Of a DNA stretch of 64,000 nucleotides, positions 37,288-46,673 are shown piece after piece. Source of the stretch: a bacterium BMS3Abin01 (GTDB taxonomy: Bacteria > Actinomycetota > Thermoleophilia > BMS3ABIN01). A program made the position numbers and the translations under genes. The notes beneath the pieces are model-generated. The model searched no databases and was not told the DNA's origin. It saw only the letters and a program-made list of their open reading frames with translations. The stretch spans positions 5,821 through 69,820 of the forward strand of contig BDUA01000049.1 in assembly GCA_002897715.1 (NCBI GenBank), given 5' to 3'. Within the stretch, counting starts at the first letter, position 1, and each line of letters begins with the position of its first letter.

Positions 37288-38382
37288 TCATTTACTCTTG
37301 GCCCTGGGTTCGTATACGCAATAAGGCTCCTCGGCCAGGTAGTCGCCGCTGGTCTCGAAGGCGCGCGCCCGGCAGCCGCCGCAGTAGCGCCGGTATTCGC
37401 AATAGCCGCAACGGCCATGGTAGCCGTCCAGGTCTCTCATCTCCCTGAACACCGGCGAATCACGCCAGACCTCACCGAATCCCTGTTCCTTCAGGTCACC
37501 ACATTTTACATCGAGGAAGCCGCATATCTGAACCTCTCCCCGGTAGGAGATGAAGCAGAACCCCTGGCCGCCCAGACAACCCTTGGCCCGGGCCGCCATG
37601 CCGAAGGTCTCAGGCGTGACCTTTTTCCCTTCGGCGTGCGCCCGCTGCCTGAGGATACGGTAATAATGGGGAGCGCAGGTGGGTTTGAAATCCAGCGGTA
37701 CCTGTTGCCGCTGGTCGTAGACCCAGTTGAGCGTCTCCTCGTACTGCTCCGGCGACAGCTCCTGCGCCATCAGCTCCCTGCCGCGGCCGGTGGGCACCAG
37801 CAGGAAGGGATGGAAGGCCACGGCGCCCAGGTCGATGGCCAGCTGCAGGATATCCGGCAGCTCGTCGATATTGACCCTGGTCACCGTGGTGTTTACCTGG
37901 AACTCGATGCCCGCCCGTTTCGCTGACTCGATGCCCTTTATCACCTCATCGAATGCCCCGTCCACCCGGCGGAAGTCGTCGTGGGTCCTGGCCGTGGCGC
38001 CGTCGATGCTGAGGCTGATACGGTCGATGCCCGCCTGTTTCAGACGCCGGGCGTTCTTGTCATTGAGCAGGGTGCCGCAGGGGGACATCACCATTTTCAG
38101 ACCCCGGTCGCTGCCGTAGCGGGCTATCTCGTAGATGTTATCCCTGAGCATGGGGTCGCCACCGGTGAGGATGACGATGGGACTGCCGACTTCGGCTATC
38201 TCATCGATCACCTGAAAACATTTCTCCGTGGAAAGCTCGCCCGGGTATGGGCCCTTGTCAGCTGCGGCGCGACAGTGCCGGCAGGACAGGTTACAGCTGC
38301 GGGTGACCTCCCAGGCCACCAGCCGTGGCGGCGGAGCACCGCCGCCCGCAGACCCGCGGCCCCGGTCAGCTGATCTCTTCAT
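37288..38382 (-). CDS. ahbD: Radical SAM/SPASM enzyme, NirJ family; probable heme synthase AhbD
   Basis: Radical SAM motif CNLSCRHC. Full C-terminal SPASM Cys pattern (GFCFISYRGEVQICGF ... CGYCEYRRYCGGCRARA). The choice of AhbD over AhbC rests on length and the SPASM domain only. Confidence 0.6.
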   Translation of the reverse strand: MKRSADRGRGSAGGGAPPPRLVAWEVTRSCNLSCRHCRAAADKGPYPGELSTEKCFQVIDEIAEVGSPIVILTGGDPMLRDNIYEIARYGSDRGLKMVMSPCGTLLNDKNARRLKQAGIDRISLSIDGATARTHDDFRRVDGAFDEVIKGIESAKRAGIEFQVNTTVTRVNIDELPDILQLAIDLGAVAFHPFLLVPTGRGRELMAQELSPEQYEETLNWVYDQRQQVPLDFKPTCAPHYYRILRQRAHAEGKKVTPETFGMAARAKGCLGGQGFCFISYRGEVQICGFLDVKCGDLKEQGFGEVWRDSPVFREMRDLDGYHGRCGYCEYRRYCGGCRARAFETSGDYLAEEPYCVYEPRAKSK

Positions 38383-39568
38383 CGCTCAGATAACAGGCGG
38401 GGTCAGGTGCCCAGGGGTCTCCGTAGACCAGGTCGGCACGCACCCTGAGGGCGCCGCCGCAGGCATCGAACCATTTGCAGCCGGCGCAGCGGCCGTGGAT
38501 ATGGCTCCGGCGGTCCTTGAGACCGGCCATCAGCGGGTCGGAGGTATCCATCCAGATCTCGCTGAAAGGGCGCTCGCGCACGTTGCCGAAGCTGTAGTGC
38601 ATCCAGAACTGATCCGGGTGGACGTTGCCCTGGAAGTCGATGTCACCGAAACCGACGCCGGAACTGTAAAGGCCGCCGCCGTTCCACTTGAGCAGGTCCA
38701 TCACCGACTCCGCCCGCTCCGGGTCCTCCGCCAGCAGCTTCATGTACAGGTAGATGCCGTCCACATGGTTGTCCACGGTGAGGATGTCCTTCTCCAGGCC
38801 CCGGTCGTTCATATCCTTGGTGCGCTCCAGGATGATATCCAGGGCGTCGCGGGTCTCCTCATGGGTGAGATCGTCGCTCTCCTTGCCGCGGCCGGAGTAG
38901 ACCAGATGGTAGAAACAGGCCCGGTCGATACCCTCAGCCTCGATGAAATCGAAGATGCCGTGCAGGTCCTGATAGTTATGGCGCGTAAGCGTGAGCCTCA
39001 GGCCCACACGCTGCGAGACCTGCTTGAGGTTGCGGAAGCCGGTCATGGCCTTATCGAAGGCTCCCTCCTTGCCGCGAAAGGTGTCGTTGATCTCGTCGAT
39101 GCCGTCCAGGCTGACGCCCACATAGGTGAAGCCCAGGTCCCTGATGTGACGCGCCACATCACCGGTGATAAGGGTGCCGTTGGTGGACAGCGTGGGCCGG
39201 ATGCCCAGGGAGACGGCATGGGCTACCAGCTCGAACAGATCCTGGCGCATCAGCGGCTCACCCCCGGAGAACAGCAGCGCCGGGATGCCGAAGGCGGCCA
39301 GGTCATCGATGAGCGCCTTGCCCTCTTCCGTGCTCAGCTCTCCCTCGTACTTCTTCGCCTCGGAGTCCGTATAACAGTGTACACACTTGAGGTTGCAGGT
39401 GCGGCTGATATTCCAGGCCACCACCGGACGGCGCTCCGCCGCCGACTTGGGTTGCCGCGGGATGCGCGGCGCACCCTCCATCTGCTTTTTACCCTGGTGT
39501 CCGTGACCGTAGCGGAGGGAATCCGCCGGTGTGTCGCGGTCACAGTACAGGCGGGTGATATCAATCAT
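38366..39568 (-). CDS. ahbC: Radical SAM enzyme, NirJ family; probable Fe-coproporphyrin III synthase AhbC
   Basis: Radical SAM motif CNLKCVHC; C-terminal CAGCKWFDACGG. 400 aa, adjacent to ahbD and ahbA/B. Confidence 0.55.
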   Translation of the reverse strand: MIDITRLYCDRDTPADSLRYGHGHQGKKQMEGAPRIPRQPKSAAERRPVVAWNISRTCNLKCVHCYTDSEAKKYEGELSTEEGKALIDDLAAFGIPALLFSGGEPLMRQDLFELVAHAVSLGIRPTLSTNGTLITGDVARHIRDLGFTYVGVSLDGIDEINDTFRGKEGAFDKAMTGFRNLKQVSQRVGLRLTLTRHNYQDLHGIFDFIEAEGIDRACFYHLVYSGRGKESDDLTHEETRDALDIILERTKDMNDRGLEKDILTVDNHVDGIYLYMKLLAEDPERAESVMDLLKWNGGGLYSSGVGFGDIDFQGNVHPDQFWMHYSFGNVRERPFSEIWMDTSDPLMAGLKDRRSHIHGRCAGCKWFDACGGALRVRADLVYGDPWAPDPACYLSDEEIS

Positions 39569-39607
39569 GGCTTTTCTCTTTTCGTGCCTGCTGTTGTTGC
39601 CGGATGG

Positions 39608-41143
39608 TTATCGCTGTCCGCCGACCAGTGTCTCCACCAGCCCCGGGATAGTGTATTCCCCGGCGACCATGTCGACCCTCAGGCCCAGGTCGCGGGCGGT
39701 CCCGGCGGTTACCGGCCCGATACAGGCTATGGTCACACTCGCGGGAAGTCCTGATAAGTCGAAGCCATCGAGGAGCGTTACAAAATTCTTGACCGTGGAT
39801 GAACTGGTAAAGGTAATGATATCAATTTCGCCAGCCGAGAGCATATCCCGCATCTCATCGGCGCCGGTATCGTCCAGCACCGTCTCGTAGGCCGGTACCA
39901 CTTCCACCCGGGCGCCTGCTGCCGCCAGCTTCTCCGGCAGTATCTGGCGGGCCTCCTTCGCCCGGGGGATGAGCACGCGCCTGCCCTCGACGCCCAGCTG
40001 GAGCATGCCTTCGATCACCGACTCGGCGCGGTACTCGGGGGGGACGAAGTCGGGCCTGAGGCCGCGGCGCTGAAGCGCCGCGGCCGTCGCCGGACCGATG
40101 GCTCCCAGGCGCATACCCTTGAGGTCACGCACGTCACCGTCCCGGTTCAGCCGTTTAAAAAAATTCTCCACGCCGTTGACACTGGTAAACAGGACCCAGT
40201 CGTACCCGGGCCCGCCGTCGGCTCTGATCCTGTCGATGGCGGCATCCAGCGCCTGGTATCCATCCGCCGGTTCCACGACCCTGATGGTGGGAAACTCCAC
40301 CGGCGCCGCCCCCAGCTCTTCCAGGGAACGCACCAGGTCACTGGCCTGGCTGCGGGAGCGGGTCACCACCACCCGCTTGCCGAACAGGGGCCGGTCCTCG
40401 AACCAGTGCAGCTGTTCCCTCAGCCTGACCACCTCGCCGACCACGGTTATCGCCGGCGCCCGGAAACCGCTCTCCTTCACCTTGCCGACGATGTCCGCCA
40501 GAGTGCCGGTGATGGTCTCCTGCCGGGTGGTAGTACCCCAGCGGATGAGCGCCACCGGCGTCTCCGGCGGCCTGCCGTTGGCCATCAGATTCCCGGTGAT
40601 ATTGTCAAGGTTCTTGACGCCCATGAGGAATACCAGCGTTCCCACCCCCGTGGATATCCGGTCCCACTTGATGGTCGATTCCGCCTTGGTGGGGTCCTCA
40701 TGGCCGGTGATGAAAGCTACGTCGGTGGTATATCCCCGGTGGGTCACGGGGATGCCGGCGTAAGCGGGCACGGAATAGGCCGAGGAGATGCCCGGCACGA
40801 CTTCGAAGGGCACGCCGGCCTCATGCAGGGCCAGCGCCTCCTCGCCACCGCGGCCGAAGATGAAGGAGTCACCGCCCTTGAGCCGCGCCACGGTCAGGCC
40901 CGCCAGGCCCTTTTCCACCAGCAACCGGCTGATGTCCTCCTGCTTCATGGTATGGTCGCCGCCCTTCTTGCCTACGTAGACCAGTTCCGCTTCCGGCGGT
41001 GAGTATTCCAGCAACTGTCTGCTGGCCAGGTAATCGTAGACCACCACGTCGGCCCGCTTGATGCACTCCACCCCCTTGAGAGTGAACAGCCCCGGGTCAC
41101 CCGGTCCAGCGCCGATAAGATAAACCGTTCCCTTGTTTTCCAT
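39608..41143 (-). CDS. cobA: Fused uroporphyrinogen-III C-methyltransferase / uroporphyrinogen-III synthase
   Basis: The N-terminal half has VYLIGAGPGDPGLFTLKG and VARLKGGD (SUMT). The C-terminal half has the HemD-like pattern VVVTRSRSQASDL...FTSVNGVENF. The ATG at 41143 (GGAG upstream) avoids overlap with the upstream gene; the track start is 41185. Confidence 0.85.
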   Translation of the reverse strand: MENKGTVYLIGAGPGDPGLFTLKGVECIKRADVVVYDYLASRQLLEYSPPEAELVYVGKKGGDHTMKQEDISRLLVEKGLAGLTVARLKGGDSFIFGRGGEEALALHEAGVPFEVVPGISSAYSVPAYAGIPVTHRGYTTDVAFITGHEDPTKAESTIKWDRISTGVGTLVFLMGVKNLDNITGNLMANGRPPETPVALIRWGTTTRQETITGTLADIVGKVKESGFRAPAITVVGEVVRLREQLHWFEDRPLFGKRVVVTRSRSQASDLVRSLEELGAAPVEFPTIRVVEPADGYQALDAAIDRIRADGGPGYDWVLFTSVNGVENFFKRLNRDGDVRDLKGMRLGAIGPATAAALQRRGLRPDFVPPEYRAESVIEGMLQLGVEGRRVLIPRAKEARQILPEKLAAAGARVEVVPAYETVLDDTGADEMRDMLSAGEIDIITFTSSSTVKNFVTLLDGFDLSGLPASVTIACIGPVTAGTARDLGLRVDMVAGEYTIPGLVETLVGGQR

Positions 41144-41157
41144 CTGTTTCTCCGTGT

Positions 41158-41826
41158 CTATTTCGGTTCGCGGCCCGGAGGACACAGCTGTAGTATCTCA
41201 TCCGGCTCCTCGAAGTAGAAGTCCGGCTCCATCTCCTTGAGCCGCACCGGCGTAAACAGGCCCCAGCCCACGGCGGCCGTAGCCACGCAGGCGGCGTGTC
41301 CCGCCTCGATGTCAAAGGGGCTGTCGCCGATGTAAACCGATTCGTCCGTGAGCAGGTCCAGCCGCCTCATGGCCAACTGCACCGGCTGGGGGTCGGGTTT
41401 GTGACGGTCGGTGTCATCAGCGGTCACCACCGTGTCGAAGTAGCCCTCGATGGGGATGCAGCGGAAAGCCATGTCCACCGTCTCCCGGCTCTTGGAGGTC
41501 ACCACCGCCAGGCCGGCGCCCCGCCGTCTCAGCTCCGCCAGCACCGCCTCCACACCCTGGTAGGGCCGGATAAATTCATCGTGTTTCCGGTGGTTGAATT
41601 CCCGGTAGGTCTCGTACCACTCACCGGCACGTTCGCCGCCCAGTACCTCCATCTGCTTAATCAGCGGCTGTCCCACGTTGGCCAGCAGCACTTCGTCCGG
41701 CAGCACCTCACCCAGCATCACCCTGGAAGCATGGCGGAAGGAGCGGCTGATGAGCTCGATGGTATCGATGACCGTACCGTCCAGGTCGAAGAGGAAGCCG
41801 GAGAAGCATTTGCTGACAAGACCCAT
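41158..41826 (-). CDS. HAD-superfamily hydrolase (phosphoglycolate phosphatase / PpaX-like)
   Basis: Motif I FLFDLDGTVIDT; VTSKSR; YIGDSPFDIEAG. Confidence 0.7.
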   Translation of the reverse strand: MGLVSKCFSGFLFDLDGTVIDTIELISRSFRHASRVMLGEVLPDEVLLANVGQPLIKQMEVLGGERAGEWYETYREFNHRKHDEFIRPYQGVEAVLAELRRRGAGLAVVTSKSRETVDMAFRCIPIEGYFDTVVTADDTDRHKPDPQPVQLAMRRLDLLTDESVYIGDSPFDIEAGHAACVATAAVGWGLFTPVRLKEMEPDFYFEEPDEILQLCPPGREPK

Positions 41827-41840
41827 GGCTGCCCCGGCCC

Positions 41841-42623
41841 CTAAGCCTCTCTCGCCAGACGATCCAGGTCCCAGCTGCGGATTATCTCCATGCCGGTGAG
41901 ATTGGTCAGGGCGAAATGGATGGGCGTCACCGAGATCTTCCGCTGGTTGAGGGCGTGGAAGTCCGTACCCTCCTCCTCATGGTAGGAAGGGTCGTCCCCA
42001 TAGATGGTGTAGCTTCTCCCACCGCCGTCGCCGTCTGCCGCCGGCTCCTCCACCAGCGTATCCCGGTAGATGCGCTTGCCCAGGCGCGTGACCTCGGCGC
42101 CCTGCAGCTCCGCGGCGGGCAGGTTGGGCGAGTTGATGTTCAGCAGGATGGTGCCGGGAAGGTGGTTCTGCCGGATCATGCCGGCGATGCCGGCGGTGAA
42201 GCGCGCCACCGGTTCGAAATTGTAGCTGTCGCCGCCCTCGATGGAGATGGCTATGGCGGGGATACCCAGCATCACACCCTCGAAGGCCGCCGCCACGGTG
42301 CCGGAGTAGGTGATATCGTCGCCCAGGTTGGGCCCGAGATTGATGCCGGAGATAACGATATCGGGCTGCCATTGCAAGAAGCCCAGCGCCGCCAGGCGTA
42401 CGCAGTCCACCGGGGTGCCGTCCACGGCAAAGCCGCTGCTGCCATCAGGAAAGGCCGTCTCCACCACCCTGAGCGACCTGCCGATGGTTATCCCCCTGCC
42501 GATGGCGCTGCAGTTCCGGTCCGGGGCGATGACCGCCACCTCGCCGCGGGATTCCATCGCCTGCTTGGCCGCGAACAGCCCCGGCGAGGAGATACCATCG
42601 TCATTGGTGATCAATATCTTCAA
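41841..42623 (-). CDS. surE: 5'/3'-nucleotidase SurE
   Basis: MKILITNDDGISSPGL and the GINLGPNLGDDITYSGTV motifs. Confidence 0.9.
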   Translation of the reverse strand: MKILITNDDGISSPGLFAAKQAMESRGEVAVIAPDRNCSAIGRGITIGRSLRVVETAFPDGSSGFAVDGTPVDCVRLAALGFLQWQPDIVISGINLGPNLGDDITYSGTVAAAFEGVMLGIPAIAISIEGGDSYNFEPVARFTAGIAGMIRQNHLPGTILLNINSPNLPAAELQGAEVTRLGKRIYRDTLVEEPAADGDGGGRSYTIYGDDPSYHEEEGTDFHALNQRKISVTPIHFALTNLTGMEIIRSWDLDRLAREA

Positions 42624-42692
42624 GAGGTGTCTGCCGATGGGGTCCGGCCTGGCTTAGGGCGATCGCGTCCCGCCCCCGGGTACCGGCCCCTG

Positions 42693-42965
42693 TCAATCCC
42701 CCGGCTTGTCGCCGGAAGACTTGCCGCTCTTCTTCTTTTCCTTCTTGCCGGAAGTAGCCTCTCCTGGTTTCTCCTGGCTCCGGGAACGTTTGCCATAGTC
42801 CGTGGTATAGAAACCGCTGCCTTTGAAGTGCACCGCCACCGGATGAAACAGCCGCGTTACCTGTTCGCCGCATTTCTCACAACGTTTGACCGCATCGTCT
42901 GAGATGTTCTGCAACTTTTCAAACTGATGCCCGCATTTAAGGCACCGGTATTCATAGATCGGCAA
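42693..42965 (-). CDS. FmdB-family zinc-ribbon putative regulatory protein
   Basis: MPIYEYRCLKCGHQFE...CEKCG followed by a Lys/Ser-rich tail. TTG start with GGAG 8 nt upstream. Confidence 0.8.
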   Translation of the reverse strand: MPIYEYRCLKCGHQFEKLQNISDDAVKRCEKCGEQVTRLFHPVAVHFKGSGFYTTDYGKRSRSQEKPGEATSGKKEKKKSGKSSGDKPGD

Positions 42966-43245
42966 CCTGATTCTCCTTTTTCAGCCATCTTCTACGCCAT
43001 CGATGATTTACTTGCCGGGGCGGTTACGAAAAAATGATACTACGCTCCATATTCTATTGCACGGAGAGTGCAGTTTATGATTATAGCATCGCCACGATGC
43101 TTTTGTGGCGGCGGAGCTGCCAGCATACCGGCCCCGCCCCGGCATATCTGGCAAACCATACCCCTTTTTAGTATGATTTCATCGATATTCGGCAACCTGA
43201 CATGACGCATTAGACGCCGTACGGGGGTTGCAAACAAACTGGCCT

Positions 43246-44451
43246 ATGAAAATCGCCCTGGTATCTGAGTATTATTATCCCCTGCTCGGCGGCATTACCG
43301 AGCACGTCCACAACCTCGCCCGCACTCTGGACAGGCGGGGCCACGACGTCACGGTTATCACCCACAACCTGCGGCCGCGCCGGAACGACCACTATCCCGA
43401 CGCACCGGTGAATTTCCGCGTGGTCCGCTTCGGCCGGGGGATGCCCATCTACTCCAACGGATCTTTCGCCCGGGTGACCCTGAGCAGACGCCTGTCATCG
43501 GACCTGCGTGCCTTCTTCAAGCGGGAGCGGTTCGATGTTATCCATGCCCATTCGCCCCTGACACCCATCCTGCCGCTGGTGGCCATGATGAACTCCGATG
43601 CCCCGGTGACCGTAGGCACATTTCATACTTACTTCAACCACAGCCAGGGGTTCCGCATCTTTCAGAAGAAGCTGGCGGCGGTAATGGAGCAGATGGACGG
43701 CAGGATAGTGGTTTCCGGTGCCTGCGTGGAGGCCCTGTCCCGTTATTTCGATGCCGACTACCAGGTCATTCCCAACGGGGTGGATCCGGAATACTTCCAT
43801 CCGCAGGAGGAGATACCGGCCCGGTTCGACGACGGCAAGCTCAATATCCTGTTCGTCGGACGCTTCGACCCCCGCAACGGCCTCAAGACCATGCTGGAGG
43901 CTTTCCGTATCGTTAAACAGAGTTTCGCCGGCTGCCGCCTGATCGTCGTGGGCGACGGCCCGCTCAGGCCCTATTACCGCTCCCTGGTGAGCAGGGACCT
44001 GGCCGGGGATGTCCATTTCACCGGACTGGTCAACGGCGGCAGGCCATCCTATTACGCGGCCGCCGATATCTTCTGCACCCCCTGCACCAAGGCCTCTTTC
44101 GGAGTGGTGCTGCTGGAGGCCATGGCGGCAGCCGCACCCATCGTCGCCTCGGACATCAACGGCTACCGCCTGGTGATGGAGGACGGTCTCCAGGGCACCC
44201 TGGTGCCGGGCGGGTCGCCGCAAGACTTCGCCACAGTTCTGCTGGACCTGTTGCGAGATCCCCTGAGACGGCGCATGATGGGTGAGGCCGGCAGGCGGAC
44301 CGTCATCGAACGGTTTTCCTGGGACCTGGTGGGAAAACAGGTGGAGAGCTATTACGCCAGGCTGCTGGGTGAGGCAACGGGGGCGGATATGAGCGCTGCC
44401 CTGGGCAGGACGGCCTCCGCCGGGAAGCGGGCGCTGGCCCTGCGGTCATGA
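43246..44451 (+). CDS. GT4-family glycosyltransferase (PimA-like lipid/glycolipid mannosyl- or glucosyltransferase)
   Basis: MKIALVSEYYYPLLGGITEHVHNLARTLDRRGHDVTVIT N-terminus. The C-terminal E-x7-E region FGVVLLEAMAAAAPIVASD. The start at 43246 is favoured over the track start at 43228. Confidence 0.75.
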   Translation: MKIALVSEYYYPLLGGITEHVHNLARTLDRRGHDVTVITHNLRPRRNDHYPDAPVNFRVVRFGRGMPIYSNGSFARVTLSRRLSSDLRAFFKRERFDVIHAHSPLTPILPLVAMMNSDAPVTVGTFHTYFNHSQGFRIFQKKLAAVMEQMDGRIVVSGACVEALSRYFDADYQVIPNGVDPEYFHPQEEIPARFDDGKLNILFVGRFDPRNGLKTMLEAFRIVKQSFAGCRLIVVGDGPLRPYYRSLVSRDLAGDVHFTGLVNGGRPSYYAAADIFCTPCTKASFGVVLLEAMAAAAPIVASDINGYRLVMEDGLQGTLVPGGSPQDFATVLLDLLRDPLRRRMMGEAGRRTVIERFSWDLVGKQVESYYARLLGEATGADMSAALGRTASAGKRALALRS

Positions 44452-45548
44452 GCATCAGCCTGGCCCTGCGCGGTTCGGCCATGCGTCGCATATTCCAGCT
44501 GGTCCGCCGCTACTGGCTCACCATCCTGGCGCTGGCGGGGCTGGCCTTCTTCATTCTCACCAGCATCGATTTTCATGAGTTCAGCCGGGCTTTCCTCGGA
44601 GTGGCGTGGTCGTTTGTGGCACTGGCGGTCCTGGCCAACTTCGCCTCCATCATGCTCAAGGTCACCAGCTGGAAACTGATCTTCGACTACAGCTTCCAGG
44701 GCATAAGCGGCCGCTGGCGGGACCTGACCTCGGCACTGATGATCGGTTTCCTGGTAAACGCCATGGTGCCCGCCCGCCTGGGAGAGATCGCCCGGGCCCT
44801 GGTGATCAGCCGGCGCCAGGCGCTCAGGGAACAACCCATCTCCCGCTCCACCGCTTTCGGCACCATCGTGCTGGAGCGCGTGTTCGATGGGGTCGTCATG
44901 GGCCTGATAGTCGTCTACGGCATCATCCACATGGACCTGCCCGGCTGGGCGGACAAGGGCGCCATGGTCCTGATGGTGCTTTCCCTGTTCTTCGCCGCCG
45001 TCCTGGTGATGCTGGAGATCAACCGCAAGAGGCTGCGGCAGGGGTCCGAGGCGGCGGCGGCCCGGCATCGTGAACATCATCCTGCCTGGAGAAGGCTGCT
45101 AATGCGCCTTTACGGCATCATCGCCCGCTTCAGCGAGGGCCAGCGTATGCTGAGAAGCCCCATCCGGGTCCTGGCCGTGTTCTGCTCCACCATGGCCTCC
45201 TGGATCGCCCAGCTTATGGCCATCTATTTCTCACTGTTGGCCTTCCACCTGGACCACGTGGGGATCCTGGGAGCCCTGCTGCTGCTGATCCTGATCAATG
45301 TGGCCGGCGCCCTGCCGGCGACGCCGGCGAACGTGGGCGTGTTCCAGCTGGCCACGGTCATCCCCCTCTCCATCACCTACAACATCCCCGGAGCCACGGC
45401 GCTGGCGTTCTCCATCGGCCTGCAGATGATCGAGGGTTCCATCGGCGTCGGTATCGGCAGCATCTTCCTGCTGAGGGAGGGCCTGACCCTGAAGGAGGTC
45501 CGCAGCGACAGCCGCCGGGAGATAAAGGATTTAACCGTCAACAGCTGA
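44448..45548 (+). CDS. UPF0104 / lysylphosphatidylglycerol-synthase-TM-region (flippase-like) membrane protein
   Basis: 8 TM helices with the typical ...ALMIGFLVNAMVPARLGEIARALV... and ...NVAGALPATPANVGVFQ... motifs. ATGA overlap with the GT4 gene. Confidence 0.7.
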   Translation: MSISLALRGSAMRRIFQLVRRYWLTILALAGLAFFILTSIDFHEFSRAFLGVAWSFVALAVLANFASIMLKVTSWKLIFDYSFQGISGRWRDLTSALMIGFLVNAMVPARLGEIARALVISRRQALREQPISRSTAFGTIVLERVFDGVVMGLIVVYGIIHMDLPGWADKGAMVLMVLSLFFAAVLVMLEINRKRLRQGSEAAAARHREHHPAWRRLLMRLYGIIARFSEGQRMLRSPIRVLAVFCSTMASWIAQLMAIYFSLLAFHLDHVGILGALLLLILINVAGALPATPANVGVFQLATVIPLSITYNIPGATALAFSIGLQMIEGSIGVGIGSIFLLREGLTLKEVRSDSRREIKDLTVNS

Positions 45549-45658
45549 ACCATAGACCTGATGCCCCGATTCCAGACGATGGATTCGATCCTGAATTCGA
45601 CCCTGGCGCCTCTTTAAGGTTAGAATGGTGTACTAACTTCAAACGAAAGTCCGGAGCC

Positions 45659-46648
45659 ATGAGAGTAGGAATTCCGAGGTCCCTGCTTTATTACAAGTAT
45701 CTTCCTTTCTGGAAGACTTTTCTCACCAGATTGGGCGCAGAGGTGGAGACCTCTCCCCTGACCAACAAGAAGATCCTGTCCCGCGGCGTGGAGGTCGCGG
45801 AGAACGAGTTGTGCGTGCCGGTAAAGGCCTTTTACGGCCATTGCATGGCCCTGCGGGACAACGGCGTCGACGCCATCTTCGTACCCCGGGTGGTCAGCGT
45901 CGAGGAGCGGGCATACACCTGCCCCAAGTTCCTGGGTCTGCCGGACATGATCGGCGCGGTAGCCGGCCCCCTGGGTCTGCCGCCGCTGCTTACACCGCGA
46001 CTGAACCAGCGGGAGAAACCACGCGAGTTCAAATGGCAGCTGATCGATTTCGCCCGCAGGCAGTTCGGCCGGAGCAAGCTGGACGCGGTGGCGGCGCTGG
46101 AGAGCGCCCGCCTGGCCCAGCGGAGTTACCAGGCAGGACTGGTCGGCGGCAAGAAACCCCTCGACCTGTTGCCCAACAGCCGTTTCAATGTACCGCGCTC
46201 GCGCCCACCGGCGGAGCAGCGCAAGCGCATCGGCCTCCTGGGTCACCCTTATAACATCTACGACGGTTACATCACCCAGAACCTGGTCGCCCGCCTGGAG
46301 GAGATGGGCGCCGAACTGGTGCTGCCGGAGATGACGGAACACCACGAGCTGATGCAGGCGGCCACCGACGTACCCAAACAGCTGTACTGGAGCTACGAGA
46401 AGGAGATCATGGGCGCCATCAATCTCTGGACCGAGAACAAAGCGGTCGACGGCGTGGTCTACGTGCTGGCTTTTGCCTGTGGCCCCGATTCCATGATCCA
46501 GGTGCTCATCGAACACCGCGCCCGTATCCACGATGTGCCGCTGATGTCGCTCATCATCGACGAACACAGCGGGGAGGCGGGGCTGATAACCCGTATCGAG
46601 GCCTTCCTGGACATGTTGATGCGCAAGAAAAAGACAGCCGCGGCGTGA
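45659..46648 (+). CDS. Acyl-CoA dehydratase activase-related protein (DUF2229; BCR/HAD-family subunit)
   Basis: The N-terminus MRVGIPRSLLYYKYLPFWKTFLTRLGAEVETSPLTNKKIL..G...AENELCVPVKAFYGH is the hallmark of DUF2229 as I remember it from long CoA-enzyme activase proteins. Confidence 0.7.
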   Translation: MRVGIPRSLLYYKYLPFWKTFLTRLGAEVETSPLTNKKILSRGVEVAENELCVPVKAFYGHCMALRDNGVDAIFVPRVVSVEERAYTCPKFLGLPDMIGAVAGPLGLPPLLTPRLNQREKPREFKWQLIDFARRQFGRSKLDAVAALESARLAQRSYQAGLVGGKKPLDLLPNSRFNVPRSRPPAEQRKRIGLLGHPYNIYDGYITQNLVARLEEMGAELVLPEMTEHHELMQAATDVPKQLYWSYEKEIMGAINLWTENKAVDGVVYVLAFACGPDSMIQVLIEHRARIHDVPLMSLIIDEHSGEAGLITRIEAFLDMLMRKKKTAAA

Positions 46649-46673
46649 CCGGGCGGACCGGCGGGTTAAGCTG

